A DNA stretch of 35,599 nucleotides, from contig CAZTWC010000008.1 of NCBI GenBank assembly GCA_964617105.1, positions 1 to 35,599 on the forward strand, in the 5' to 3' direction. Position numbers and translations under genes: made by a program. Numbering within the stretch: position 1 is the first letter of the stretch; each line of letters opens with the position of its first letter. The notes beneath the pieces are model-generated. The model had not been told where the DNA came from. It ran no database searches and was given only the letters and a program-made list of their open reading frames with translations. The stretch comes from an uncultured Myxococcia bacterium. Its GTDB lineage: Bacteria > CAZTWC01. Shown here one piece after another: positions 8,700 to 21,122 of this stretch.

Positions 8700-9935
8700 A
8701 TGAAAAGAAAGAAAGATAATATTTGTTGCTCCTTTTGCGGAAAAAACAAATCAGAAGCTAACCGTATTATTGTGGGCCCCAATGTCCATATCTGTGATGA
8801 ATGTATCCATATTTGCAGTGAGATAATTGATGAAGAAACTTCTAATGGCGAAGATCACGCAACTTTTGACAAAATTCCCCGGCCCAAAGAGATAAAAACT
8901 ATTTTGGATGAGTACGTTATTGGCCAGGATAAGACAAAAAAGATACTCTCGGTAGCGGTTTACAACCATTATAAACGGATTTTATCTTTAGAGAGCACCC
9001 AGGGCGTGGAGGTGTCAAAGAGCAATATCTTGTTAATTGGTCCTCCCGGTGTGGGTAAAACTTTGCTGGCTGAAACTTTAGCCAAGATATTAAAGGTCCC
9101 CTTTGCCATTGCCGATGCCACCACCTTGACCGAGGCTGGTTATGTCGGTGAAGATGTGGACAATATTGTTCAGAACCTGCTTCATTCCTCTACCGATATT
9201 CCGGAAGCAGCCTGTCGGGGGATAATATATATCGATGAGATCGACAAAATAGCGCGCAAATCGGGAGATATACAATCTGCCACTCGAGATGTATCGGGTG
9301 AAGGAGTTCAGCAGGCGCTGCTGAAAATAATTGAGGGAACAAAAGTTAATGTGGCTCCCTGGGGCGCCCGAAAATATAAACAGAACGAATTGGTGGAAAT
9401 AGATACCACCAATATTCTTTTTATTTGTGGAGGCGCTTTCACCGGGTTGGACAAAATTATCAAAAACCGAATTGACTCCTCCACCATAGGTTTCGGGGTA
9501 AAAATTAGCGGTATCAAGAAAAAAAACATTGGGGAAACTCTGGAAAAGATTGAGGCGGAAGACCTGTTGCGCTGTGGATTGATCCCCGAGTTTATAGGTA
9601 GGTTACCCATAATCGCCACCATTTCCGAATTGACCGGAGAAGACCTGGTGGAAATTTTAGTTAAACCTCGAAATTCCCTGGTAAAACAGTACCAAACTCT
9701 TTTTGAAATGGAAAATGTCAAATTGACTTTTGATAAAAGGGCTTTGGATGCGGTGGCGCAAAAGGCGATGCTGTTGCAATCCGGCGCCCGTGGTCTCAGG
9801 TCGGTTTTGGAGAATACCATGTTGGATATTATGTATTCCGTGCCTTTTCAAAAGGGGGTTAAGGAGTGTATTATCCATGAAGATGTGATAACCAAAGGAT
9901 TGAAACCAGAAGTAATTTTTGATGTCAATAAATAG
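8700..9935 (+). CDS. clpX: ATP-dependent Clp protease ATP-binding subunit ClpX (divergent copy)
   Basis: Zn-binding CSFCGK...CDEC, Walker [13 protein letters not shown] pore loop, [25 protein letters not shown] loop and GARGLR. ATG 8700 is the likely start. Confidence 0.93.
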   Translation: MKRKKDNICCSFCGKNKSEANRIIVGPNVHICDECIHICSEIIDEETSNGEDHATFDKIPRPKEIKTILDEYVIGQDKTKKILSVAVYNHYKRILSLESTQGVEVSKSNILLIGPPGVGKTLLAETLAKILKVPFAIADATTLTEAGYVGEDVDNIVQNLLHSSTDIPEAACRGIIYIDEIDKIARKSGDIQSATRDVSGEGVQQALLKIIEGTKVNVAPWGARKYKQNELVEIDTTNILFICGGAFTGLDKIIKNRIDSSTIGFGVKISGIKKKNIGETLEKIEAEDLLRCGLIPEFIGRLPIIATISELTGEDLVEILVKPRNSLVKQYQTLFEMENVKLTFDKRALDAVAQKAMLLQSGARGLRSVLENTMLDIMYSVPFQKGVKECIIHEDVITKGLKPEVIFDVNK

Positions 9936-11055
9936 TAAAAAAGAGGAACAAATAGTTATAGTCGGCGCGGGAATTGCCGGTGCGGCTGCTGCTTATTTCT
10001 TATCCAAAACTGGCTTTAAGCATATTGTGGTGCTGGAAAAGGAGAAGTTAGCCGGAGTTCATGCCACCGGCCGCAACGCCGCCTTTGCCCGGGCTGCTAT
10101 CAATGACCGGGTAAATTGCCGGTTGGCGGTGGCCGGGAAATATTTTTTTCAAAATCCCTCTCCTGATTTTCCTATGCCTATCAATTACAACCCCATGGGC
10201 TTGATTACTCTCCACGGCCTGGACCGGGAGGAAAAAATCAAGGCCCAGGTGGCTATGAATCAGGAGCATGGCCTGAAAAGAGAGTTGATCTCCTGGGCAA
10301 AAGCCTGTCAATTATTTCCTCTTTTGCCAGGGCAGGACCAGGAATTTGTTGCCACCTTATGTCCCACTGACGGTGACCTGGATGTAAACAATCTTTTACA
10401 GGGTTTTCTAAAAGGAGCCCGGCAAAAAGGGGCTAAAGTAATTTTTAAGGCGGAAGTTGAGAACATTGTGAAGCAAAATCAGCGGGTAACTGCAGTTATA
10501 GCCGGGGGAAAACAGTTTCCTTGCCAGGTGTTGATCAATGCCGCCGGAGCCTGGGCTGGAAAACTCGGTCAGATGGCCGGGGCTTTTGCGGTACCACTCA
10601 ATACTTGCCGGCGTCATTTGCTGATGATCAAGGATGATAAGCAGTCTACCCAGGGGCTGCCCATGGTCTGGAATGAGGCCAGTGGGGTTTATTTGAAGCC
10701 GGAGAGCGGAGGCTTTTTACTTAGCCCCTGCGATCAAGAGGAGATAGAACCCTGCGACTCACCAGTGGACCAAAAGATGGTGGAGGGAGCGGTTGCCAAG
10801 GGGATAAACCATTTTCCAGCCCTGCATACTTATTCACTGGTGCGGGCCTGGTCTGGAATTAGGACTCTAACTCCTGACGAACGCTTTGTGGTTGGACCCG
10901 ATCCAAAGGTAGAGGGCTTCTATTGGCTGGCCGGGCTGGGAGGGCACGGAGTGACAGTATCGCCAGCAATTGGTTCTCTGCTAACCGCTATAATCCTGGG
11001 CCGGGAAGATAAGAAATTAGCCGTCAGGCTGGCGCCCAATCGGTTTGCATTATAA
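9922..11055 (+). CDS. FAD-dependent oxidoreductase, DadA/glycine oxidase/sarcosine oxidase beta (DAO) family
   Basis: [32 protein letters not shown] and GLGGHG motifs; overlaps the clpX stop. Confidence 0.85.
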   Translation: MSINSKKEEQIVIVGAGIAGAAAAYFLSKTGFKHIVVLEKEKLAGVHATGRNAAFARAAINDRVNCRLAVAGKYFFQNPSPDFPMPINYNPMGLITLHGLDREEKIKAQVAMNQEHGLKRELISWAKACQLFPLLPGQDQEFVATLCPTDGDLDVNNLLQGFLKGARQKGAKVIFKAEVENIVKQNQRVTAVIAGGKQFPCQVLINAAGAWAGKLGQMAGAFAVPLNTCRRHLLMIKDDKQSTQGLPMVWNEASGVYLKPESGGFLLSPCDQEEIEPCDSPVDQKMVEGAVAKGINHFPALHTYSLVRAWSGIRTLTPDERFVVGPDPKVEGFYWLAGLGGHGVTVSPAIGSLLTAIILGREDKKLAVRLAPNRFAL

Positions 11056-11435
11056 TGAATGTAATACAGGAACACAAAAACCAGGTAGAGCATTTTGCCA
11101 TCAGAGATGATGGCATTTTGTTTATTAAGGGTAAAGGATCGCTTACTTCCCAAGAGATGGCCAGAGAAAAGGCAGAGATAACTCACCGGTTGGCCGCCCT
11201 TTATCCGGGACAAGTAAATTTACTCATTGATCTGAGTGAAGCGGGACTTCCTGCTCTCGGTGCCCAGAGAGTGCTCTCCAACGCCGTAACCGGGGAAAAA
11301 TTTGGCAAAATCGCTTTTTTCGGCCCGAAAGGCTGGCTACTGAAATTGGCCAGCACCGCCCTAAAATTGGTTCGAAAAAAGGAGATCAAAATTTTTAAAG
11401 AAGAGTCAGAAGCTCTTCAGTGGTTGAAGGGCTAA
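11055..11435 (+). CDS. STAS/SEC14 (SpoIIAA-like) domain protein
   Basis: LLIDLS...KIAFFG...IKIFKEESEALQWL pattern typical of this family; TAATG coupling with the upstream gene. Confidence 0.7.
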   Translation: MNVIQEHKNQVEHFAIRDDGILFIKGKGSLTSQEMAREKAEITHRLAALYPGQVNLLIDLSEAGLPALGAQRVLSNAVTGEKFGKIAFFGPKGWLLKLASTALKLVRKKEIKIFKEESEALQWLKG

Positions 11436-11453
11436 CCTTCAGGAGTTATTGGC

Positions 11454-12950
11454 CTACAACTTTTTCTTTTTCAGGAGATCCCCAAAGGAGCCCATCGACT
11501 GAGTATCCTCGCCTTTTTTTTGGTATTTAGCCACCTGGTCATCCTCTTGTTTTTGTTCTGAGCCGGTGCTCAGGGAGAGTTTTATTTTTTGATCTTCGCC
11601 AATGGCTAATATTTTTGCATCTAAGGCGGTACCGGGGCAAAAGACTTTTTTGTGATCCTGTCCATCCTGAAGATTCATCTCCGATTTGTGAATCAGTCCG
11701 CTGCTGCGGGGTGGGATGCGCACAAAGACACCAAAATCCACCACTTTTTCCACCGTAACCTGCACCAGATTTCCTACCTCGATTGGAGTAGCGCCATCGT
11801 TTTGAAGGGGAGCCCGCAGAGATATCCGTTTCTGTCCATCATAAACTTCACCAATTTGCACCTCTATCTTCTGGCCCTGATTGAAAAAATCGCTGGGATG
11901 CCTCAATTTTTCCCTCGCCATTATGGAGGTTTCAGAGATATGTAATAGGCCATCCACCCCCGGCTCCAGTTCTACAAACACGCCAAAATTGGTGATCCGA
12001 ACTACTGTTCCTTCCACCGTGTCGCCGGGAAGATAGCGCTCCGCCGCCATTTCCCAGGGGTCCTGCATCAATTGTTTTAGTCCCAGGGATATCCGATCGG
12101 ATTCCACATCGAATTCTAATATTTCCACCTCGATCTCCTGGCCTACCGTTACTATCTCTTCTGGATTTTCTACCCGGCTAAATGACATTTGTGAGACGTG
12201 CAACAGTCCCTGTAGGCCACCTAAGTCGATAAAAGCGCCAAAGGGCCGTATGGAAACCACTTTTCCTTTTATGTGGTCCCCTTTTTTCAGGTCCATCCGC
12301 AACTGGCTAGCCTTTTTTTTCTCCTCCTCCTCCAAAATTAAACGCCTGGAAACAACGATATTTTTCATATCACCTTCCATCCGGGTAATCCGGAAAGCAT
12401 AATTTTGTCCCAAATGGATATCTGGATCTTCGCAGTAGTGGAGTTGGATCTGGGAGATGGGGCAGAAAGCCTTGAAACCGGACAGATTGATTTCCAGTCC
12501 CCCTTTGATCACTTGCGCCACTTTTCCCTCCATGGGAATCCTGTTGCTGTAAGCATCCTGGATAAATTCGCGGGCGGCCTTGCCCTTGGCCAACTTGCGG
12601 GATAGAATCGCTATTCCGTCGCGAGAGGAGGGAGTCAACACAAATAGTTCGACCGAATCACCTATAGAGTAAGGGAGTTTCCCCTCTTCATCCAGAAGTT
12701 CCTCCAGGTTTACCTGCCCTTCACTTTTACCCCCCAGATTGACAAAGGCTACCTCCCGGCTAATTTTCATGATATTCCCGGTAACGGTCTGGCCGGCGCT
12801 CAATTTAAATCCCTGGCCAGAGGGCATGGTGTCCTCCAGCATCTGGNNNNNNNNNNCGTCCAGGTCCAGGTCCAAGTCCAGTTCGAGTTCAAGAAGATCA
12901 TCCTCTTTCTTATTGTCTATGCTGTTGTTATCTTGTTCTGTTTGGTTCAT
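11454..12950 (-). CDS. 30S ribosomal protein S1-like protein with five S1 domains (probable rpsA paralogue); contains an assembly gap
   Basis: Five S1 repeats, e.g. GKVVSIRPFGAFIDLGGLQGLLHVSQMS and GTVVRITNFGVFVELEPGVDGLLHISE; C-terminal SMGSFGDLL. GAGGT RBS before ATG 12950, so the track start at 13103 is probably too long. Ns at 12847-12856. Confidence 0.85.
   Translation of the reverse strand: MNQTEQDNNSIDNKKEDDLLELELDLDLDLDXXXXQMLEDTMPSGQGFKLSAGQTVTGNIMKISREVAFVNLGGKSEGQVNLEELLDEEGKLPYSIGDSVELFVLTPSSRDGIAILSRKLAKGKAAREFIQDAYSNRIPMEGKVAQVIKGGLEINLSGFKAFCPISQIQLHYCEDPDIHLGQNYAFRITRMEGDMKNIVVSRRLILEEEEKKKASQLRMDLKKGDHIKGKVVSIRPFGAFIDLGGLQGLLHVSQMSFSRVENPEEIVTVGQEIEVEILEFDVESDRISLGLKQLMQDPWEMAAERYLPGDTVEGTVVRITNFGVFVELEPGVDGLLHISETSIMAREKLRHPSDFFNQGQKIEVQIGEVYDGQKRISLRAPLQNDGATPIEVGNLVQVTVEKVVDFGVFVRIPPRSSGLIHKSEMNLQDGQDHKKVFCPGTALDAKILAIGEDQKIKLSLSTGSEQKQEDDQVAKYQKKGEDTQSMGSFGDLLKKKKL
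12857..12893 (-). repeat. Degenerate hexamer tandem repeat encoding (L-E/D)n, running into the assembly gap
   Basis: Minus strand CTTGAA CTCGAA CTGGAC TTGGAC CTGGAC CTGGAC G, followed directly by Ns. Confidence 0.6.
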
Positions 12951-12969
12951 GTTAATACCTCGGTGGTTT

Positions 12970-14931
12970 TTATTGCTTAGGCAAAATAGTGAGTAAATAT
13001 TCCAAATGTTTTGGCGAAAAGCGCTGGGGTCCCTGTCCGTTGAGTTCAGCCCGCTCTTCAAAGGGCCGGTCTGAGCCGCAGTCCATAAGTTGATTAATGC
13101 CATCGGAGCTGTGATACTGATCGCAACCAGGCTCCAGGGCTAATCCCAAAGAGTGTCCCAATTCGTGAGAAACAGTGTTGCCTACCAGGTTGCCAAGTGC
13201 CTGAATGGCCTGGCCGATAATCTCGCTTCTGCTGCCGCCTGGGTATTCACTCACTTTTACCGGATTTTTGATGAAGGGAGCGAATACCTGGTCGAATACT
13301 GGGGAGGCAAATAGATAAGCTTTGGGATGTTTGGGGCTGAAATGTAGAAAAGATTCCAGAAAAATCCCGCCGTAGAGTTGGCTCTCTGAATTATATCCGC
13401 CAATGGTATCGTCAAAACGGCGGTTAAAGTAATCCATACCAGGAGAATTTTCTAACCCTAAAAGGCCAATTCCGTTAGGGTCGGGGCCGCCCATCTCTAC
13501 GGTGACATATTCTTCAAAATCGATGGGTGGCAGGGTGGAGATTTGAATATTTATTAGTTGATAATCCCTTTCCACCACCTGTTGTATTCTCTGACGGATC
13601 AGAGACTCCAAATTGCGCAGGCCAAATTTTCGCAGGCTATCGGTAAATTCCGGTAAATATTTGAGATAAACATATTGGCGTTGAGGTAAAATTGTAACTT
13701 GAACCGGAAAGGGAGTGCTACTCTCCACCTTTTGCCCATCTTTTTCGATACCAACCGAAAAATTACCTCTAAAGGTGCCGGTTAAAGCGCCTAAATCTGT
13801 GGATTTACCCTTTTCATCTACATTAACATGCACAATATAACTCAATTGCTGGCCGCTTTCTACCCGGGGTTTTAAGTAGAAATAATCTTTGGTATAAGAG
13901 ATAACCCGCCCGTCTTTAAGGGTAAAGTTTCCTTTGGCTATAATGGTAGTTTTTCCGCCTCCAGGCAACCCTGAACCGATAAAACCATCACCGGTCAGGA
14001 GGATAATCTGGCCGCGGCTGACCTGGGTGGGAGTAATATTATAAATAGCCGGGGAAGATAGCAAGAAAGATATGGGAACTTGATTCCCCCGGTTTATTTG
14101 TTTCCAGGCGCCATTATTTGTGGGGGTAATATTGCCGGTGAATCTCCCCGGAACTATCCCCAGATGAAGGGGGGTGAAGCTAATGCTCAGATGGGAGCGA
14201 TCCAGAACCTCGGTGTCCAGTATGCAGTGGGTCGCTTTTTTATTTCCCAGGTTATCTATAAACTCCCCTTGCAATTCCAGCATGGTAGTTCCCTCTTTGT
14301 GGCGGATGAAATTGTTGCCAGCCAGGATAATTTTTTGGTGAAGATAGATAATATCCAGTTGGGAGATGTTTAATTGCGGACGAATAAAGGATGCGAATTG
14401 CAGGGTGATACTGCTACTGTCTTGGCCGCTTTTCTTGGCGGTTTTATGGATAAGTTTCATCTCGAAACGGCCGGAGAAGTCATAGAAAAAATCGTCTTTT
14501 CCTTTGCTGCCCATCTGGTCAAATATTGCCAGGGGCACCTCCCATTGTAAGGTGTTGTTATCCTTCATTTCAGGAGAGAACGCGAGGATAAAGGGCATCT
14601 TTTCCTGGATGTTGCGCAGGGTACCTTCCAGGGTACAATTGATATGGTATTTATCCAGGTCCAGGGGAAAATTACCAGAAATGGTTAACACAGTTCCAGG
14701 AATCAATAATTTAGGAGAAATTTTTACCACTTGCAGATTTATTGGCGCACTGCCGGACGGGTGATTTCCCTGGCCGTTTTCAGTATAGTTTTTTGACGGG
14801 TCACAGGAGTAAAAAAGTCCCCAGATTAGCATTATGACCACAAAAGATACCGTCAAAAATACGGATTGTAAATTTCTCCAGCGGTTTTGCCAGAATAGAG
14901 AGCGGAGTATTTTCAACAGTAGTTTTCTCAT
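12970..14931 (-). CDS. Exported or lipoprotein IPT/TIG-like repeat protein with a C-terminal zinc metallopeptidase motif
   Basis: Hydrophobic segment ending LFYSC; three repeats of the form (I/V)xxIxP...GxxIxLxGxxF; HELGHSLGL at 13141-13167, then a downstream His and QLMD (possible Met-turn). Confidence 0.65.
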   Translation of the reverse strand: MRKLLLKILRSLFWQNRWRNLQSVFLTVSFVVIMLIWGLFYSCDPSKNYTENGQGNHPSGSAPINLQVVKISPKLLIPGTVLTISGNFPLDLDKYHINCTLEGTLRNIQEKMPFILAFSPEMKDNNTLQWEVPLAIFDQMGSKGKDDFFYDFSGRFEMKLIHKTAKKSGQDSSSITLQFASFIRPQLNISQLDIIYLHQKIILAGNNFIRHKEGTTMLELQGEFIDNLGNKKATHCILDTEVLDRSHLSISFTPLHLGIVPGRFTGNITPTNNGAWKQINRGNQVPISFLLSSPAIYNITPTQVSRGQIILLTGDGFIGSGLPGGGKTTIIAKGNFTLKDGRVISYTKDYFYLKPRVESGQQLSYIVHVNVDEKGKSTDLGALTGTFRGNFSVGIEKDGQKVESSTPFPVQVTILPQRQYVYLKYLPEFTDSLRKFGLRNLESLIRQRIQQVVERDYQLINIQISTLPPIDFEEYVTVEMGGPDPNGIGLLGLENSPGMDYFNRRFDDTIGGYNSESQLYGGIFLESFLHFSPKHPKAYLFASPVFDQVFAPFIKNPVKVSEYPGGSRSEIIGQAIQALGNLVGNTVSHELGHSLGLALEPGCDQYHSSDGINQLMDCGSDRPFEERAELNGQGPQRFSPKHLEYLLTILPKQ

Positions 14932-14942
14932 AAGTTGGTTAT

Positions 14943-17872
<2,930 letters not shown>

Positions 17873-17891
17873 CTTCATCCACCTCTTTTGA

Positions 17892-18422
17892 TTATAGAAC
17901 TTCCATAAACATATCTTGACAAAAATTGCTCAATTGTTCTACTAGCTGAGAGAACCTTGCTCCTTTTCCGGTAAAATAGAGTTTTCGTTGCTGGTAAGAA
18001 TCAACAGAGATTTTAATATGTAAAAATTGAGGGGGATTTTGTCTCAACCGCTCGAACCATTCCACGGCACAGACTCCATCACCCTCCAAATATTCCCATA
18101 ACTCCTCATCTAAAAATGGGTCATCCTCTTCCAGCCGGTAAAGATCTATATGAAATAGGTGAAATCCTCTCGGGTGGGAGAAGATTTCATTTACCAGTAT
18201 GAAACTGGGGCTGGAAATATCTTCAGGGTCAATTTCCAGCCCCGAAGCGATCCCTTTTACCAGTTGGGTTTTACCGCTTCCTAAATCTCCGCAAAGACCG
18301 ATAATATCTCCGGCGTATAAAAGTTGTCCCAATTGCCGGCCAAATTTTATGGTCTGTTCAGGACCGTTGCTTTTAAACACTGCGGCCAAAGATTTTTCCT
18401 TATTCCGGTCAATGGCGTTCAT
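17892..18422 (-). CDS. tsaE: tRNA t6A biosynthesis ATPase TsaE
   Basis: GDLGSGKT, SSPSF, HIDLYRL and VEW motifs; TAATG overlap with the nnr stop. Confidence 0.93.
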   Translation of the reverse strand: MNAIDRNKEKSLAAVFKSNGPEQTIKFGRQLGQLLYAGDIIGLCGDLGSGKTQLVKGIASGLEIDPEDISSPSFILVNEIFSHPRGFHLFHIDLYRLEEDDPFLDEELWEYLEGDGVCAVEWFERLRQNPPQFLHIKISVDSYQQRKLYFTGKGARFSQLVEQLSNFCQDMFMEVL

Positions 18423-19969
18423 TAAATACCCCATTGGTTAAAGAGCGTAGAAATTTGCTCAATAACATCAGCGGCCATCAGAGAGGCTAACCCGGTTTTT
18501 TCTGCGGCCAGATCGGCGGCTCGACCGTGGATATAGGTGGCGCTCCAGGCGGCCGGCCCAGGTTGAACTCCTTGAGCCAGGAGGCTGCCCAGGATCCCGG
18601 CGTGAACATCGCCCATGCCAGCCGTGGCCATTCCTGGGTTCCCACTGGTATTGATGGAAAACTGGCCATCTGGCTCGGCAATGATTGAATGAGCCCCTTT
18701 TAAAATGGTAACAACGTCGTAATCAGCGGCAAAATTTTGGCTGATTTCCAGGCGATGGTTCTGGATATATCTTACCGCTTTTCCGGTCAATCTGCTCATC
18801 TCTCCTGGATGGGGTGTTACAATCCGGGCGGCTGGCGATTTTTTCAGGCAATGGGGATCTTCAGCCAGTAGATTGAGCCCATCGGCGTCTATTACCATGG
18901 GGAGATCAACCTCTTTAACCAGCCTTTTTAACAGTTTTTCCATGCCGGGATTTTTAATCATCCCCGGACCGATTAAGATAGCCTGCTTTCCCCGGGTCAA
19001 TTCGAGCAGTTTTTGGAAATGGAACTCTTCTACTGGTTCCTCTTCCGATTTTACCAGGATTTCCGTCATTATTTCCATTCTGGTGGAGCCTATTAACTCC
19101 CGGGCTCGCTCTGAGGTGAGCACAGTAACCAGTCCGCAGCCGGTTTTTAGCGCCGAGGTGGCCGCCATAACAGCGGCACCGGTTTTGCCAGCCGAACCGG
19201 CCAGCACCAGCAGATGGCCGTAAGTCCCCTTGTGGCTGTTTTGGGGTCGCGGCTTAAAAATTTGCCGTATCCGTTTCTCGGTCAACACCTGACCTTTAAC
19301 TCCCATAGAGCCAGCCAATTGGGATGGGATGCTAATGTCAATCACCTGGAGGGTGCCGGTATAGTCTGGTCCGGGATATAGAAAATGTCCCTGCTTGGGA
19401 AAAGCGAAAGTAACGGTGGAATTGGCTTTTATTGCCAATCCCATGGGCTCTCCTTTGTCGCCATGCAAACCGGAAGGGATATCAACGGCCATTATCGGGC
19501 ATCTACTTTGGTTTATCCTTTCAATTACCGTTTGGTATATCCCTCTGACATCACTGTTCAAACCCGTACCCAGTATAGCGTCCACCACCAGTCCGGCATG
19601 GGCTAAATCCATATTGAATGCTTTCAGGTTATGGTTTTGCAGTTCAATAAACTTTACGCCCATATTTTCCAGGATCCGGTAGTTGATAGCAGCATCACCT
19701 TTATATTTATTTGGAGAGGAGAGGAGGAATATTTTTACTCTAATACTCCGGTTGATCAGGTGTCTGGCAATAACAAAACCATCACCGCCGTTATTTCCAC
19801 TGCCGCAAACCACTACCACGGTTTTGTCGGCCAAATTACCGTAAGTGTCGATTATATGCCGAACGCACCCGGCGCCAGCATTTTCCATTAGCACCACTCC
19901 CGGCACCCCTAACTCCTGGATGGTTTGCCGGTCCATCTCTTGCATCTGTTTTACCGATAAAAGGTACAT
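18422..19969 (-). CDS. nnr: Bifunctional NAD(P)H-hydrate epimerase/dehydratase
   Basis: LMENAG, GNNGGDG, DAILGTG, DIPSG, HKGTYG, DADGLN, TPHPGEM and GMGD motifs; GAGGT RBS. Confidence 0.94.
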   Translation of the reverse strand: MYLLSVKQMQEMDRQTIQELGVPGVVLMENAGAGCVRHIIDTYGNLADKTVVVVCGSGNNGGDGFVIARHLINRSIRVKIFLLSSPNKYKGDAAINYRILENMGVKFIELQNHNLKAFNMDLAHAGLVVDAILGTGLNSDVRGIYQTVIERINQSRCPIMAVDIPSGLHGDKGEPMGLAIKANSTVTFAFPKQGHFLYPGPDYTGTLQVIDISIPSQLAGSMGVKGQVLTEKRIRQIFKPRPQNSHKGTYGHLLVLAGSAGKTGAAVMAATSALKTGCGLVTVLTSERARELIGSTRMEIMTEILVKSEEEPVEEFHFQKLLELTRGKQAILIGPGMIKNPGMEKLLKRLVKEVDLPMVIDADGLNLLAEDPHCLKKSPAARIVTPHPGEMSRLTGKAVRYIQNHRLEISQNFAADYDVVTILKGAHSIIAEPDGQFSINTSGNPGMATAGMGDVHAGILGSLLAQGVQPGPAAWSATYIHGRAADLAAEKTGLASLMAADVIEQISTLFNQWGI

Positions 19970-19976
19970 AAAAACC

Positions 19977-20354
19977 TCACTTGCAATCAAACACGGTCAT
20001 GGCTACCACCATTTGCCCCTCAAAGGAGAATGAAACCAGGATGTCGTCTATATACATCCTTTCAGCCAGCCTTTTGGCAAATCCGTGTAAATAAAGACTG
20101 GGGGGAAATTTGTCACTACATATAACTTCGATATCCCTATAAGTGACTCCGATATCCGGTTTGATGGTTTTGTAGACTGCTGATTTGGCCGCGTACAGGG
20201 CGGCAAATTCAGCATAAGTTTTAGGACTTTTCTGGCAAAACCGGATCTCATCTTCGGTAAATATTTTGTCTAAAAATCGTCTGCCGTGCCTGGTGATAAC
20301 CATTTTTACCCGGTTAATATCAATCAGTTCCACTCCAATTCCCTGGATCATCAT
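19977..20354 (-). CDS. acpS: Holo-ACP synthase (AcpS) homologue with a degenerate active site
   Basis: AcpS size and pattern (GIGxxxxxIxR, RFLDKIFTEDE, AAKxAxxK, DIEV) in the usual pdxJ-acpS-nnr position, but with key substitutions (see findings). Confidence 0.8.
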   Translation of the reverse strand: MMIQGIGVELIDINRVKMVITRHGRRFLDKIFTEDEIRFCQKSPKTYAEFAALYAAKSAVYKTIKPDIGVTYRDIEVICSDKFPPSLYLHGFAKRLAERMYIDDILVSFSFEGQMVVAMTVFDCK

Positions 20355-21088
20355 TATTCCCCAACCGGCTTGAAGCGGATCAATTCCTCCATATCCCGAA
20401 CTGCCTTCTCCATACCAACCATTACGGCTTTGGCGATGATGGCATGGCCGATATTGAACTCCTCAATGTTTTTTATAGCCGCCAGGGGATGGATGTTATG
20501 ATAGTTCAGCCCATGTCCGGCATTGACGCCAAGGCCCAACTTGGCCCCCAGGTGACAGGCAGTGATAATTCTATCCAGCTCCCTTTTCATCTCCAAATGG
20601 TTTGGGGCATCAGCGTATTTACCAGTATGAATTTCGATATAGTCCGTATCTATCTGGTTGGATGCTTTTACCTGTTCTCCTTCCGGATCGATAAATAGAC
20701 TTACCAGGATTCCCCCATTTTGTAGTTTTTTTACCACCTCTTTTAACTTTTCCCGTTGGCCGGCCACGTCAAGTCCCCCTTCTGTGGTCAACTCATCTCT
20801 TTTTTCCGGAACCAGGGTGACCATATCCGGTCGGGTAGTAAGGGCTATATCCACCATCTCGTAAGTGGCTGCCATCTCCAGATTCAATTTGCTCTTTACC
20901 ATCTGGCGCATCAGTTTAAAGTCTATATCCTGGATATGCCGCCTATCTTCCCTCAGGTGAATGGTAATACCCTGGGCGCCGTTTAGTTCCGCCAGCATGG
21001 CGGCGGTCACCGGGTCGGGATAATTAGTCCCCCGGGCTTGTCGCAAGGTGGCTATATGATCTACATTTACCCCCAAACTTCTGTTCAT
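20354..21088 (-). CDS. pdxJ: Pyridoxine 5'-phosphate synthase
   Basis: LGVNVDHIATLRQAR, HLREDRRHI, VPEKRDELTTEGG, NAGHGL and NIGHAII; AGGAGG RBS. Confidence 0.97.
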   Translation of the reverse strand: MNRSLGVNVDHIATLRQARGTNYPDPVTAAMLAELNGAQGITIHLREDRRHIQDIDFKLMRQMVKSKLNLEMAATYEMVDIALTTRPDMVTLVPEKRDELTTEGGLDVAGQREKLKEVVKKLQNGGILVSLFIDPEGEQVKASNQIDTDYIEIHTGKYADAPNHLEMKRELDRIITACHLGAKLGLGVNAGHGLNYHNIHPLAAIKNIEEFNIGHAIIAKAVMVGMEKAVRDMEELIRFKPVGE

Positions 21089-21122
21089 AGTTTCCTCCTG
21101 TCAGCCTGGTTGAACCTTTTTA

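Noticed and set aside
12951..13103. N-terminal extension of the S1 protein in the ORF track
   Set aside because: It overlaps the metallopeptidase gene in another frame, and a good RBS precedes ATG 12950.
18595..18620. Nnr motif GDVHAG instead of the usual GDVLAG
   Set aside because: The catalytic Asp and all other motifs are intact; a single substitution is not enough to claim altered function.
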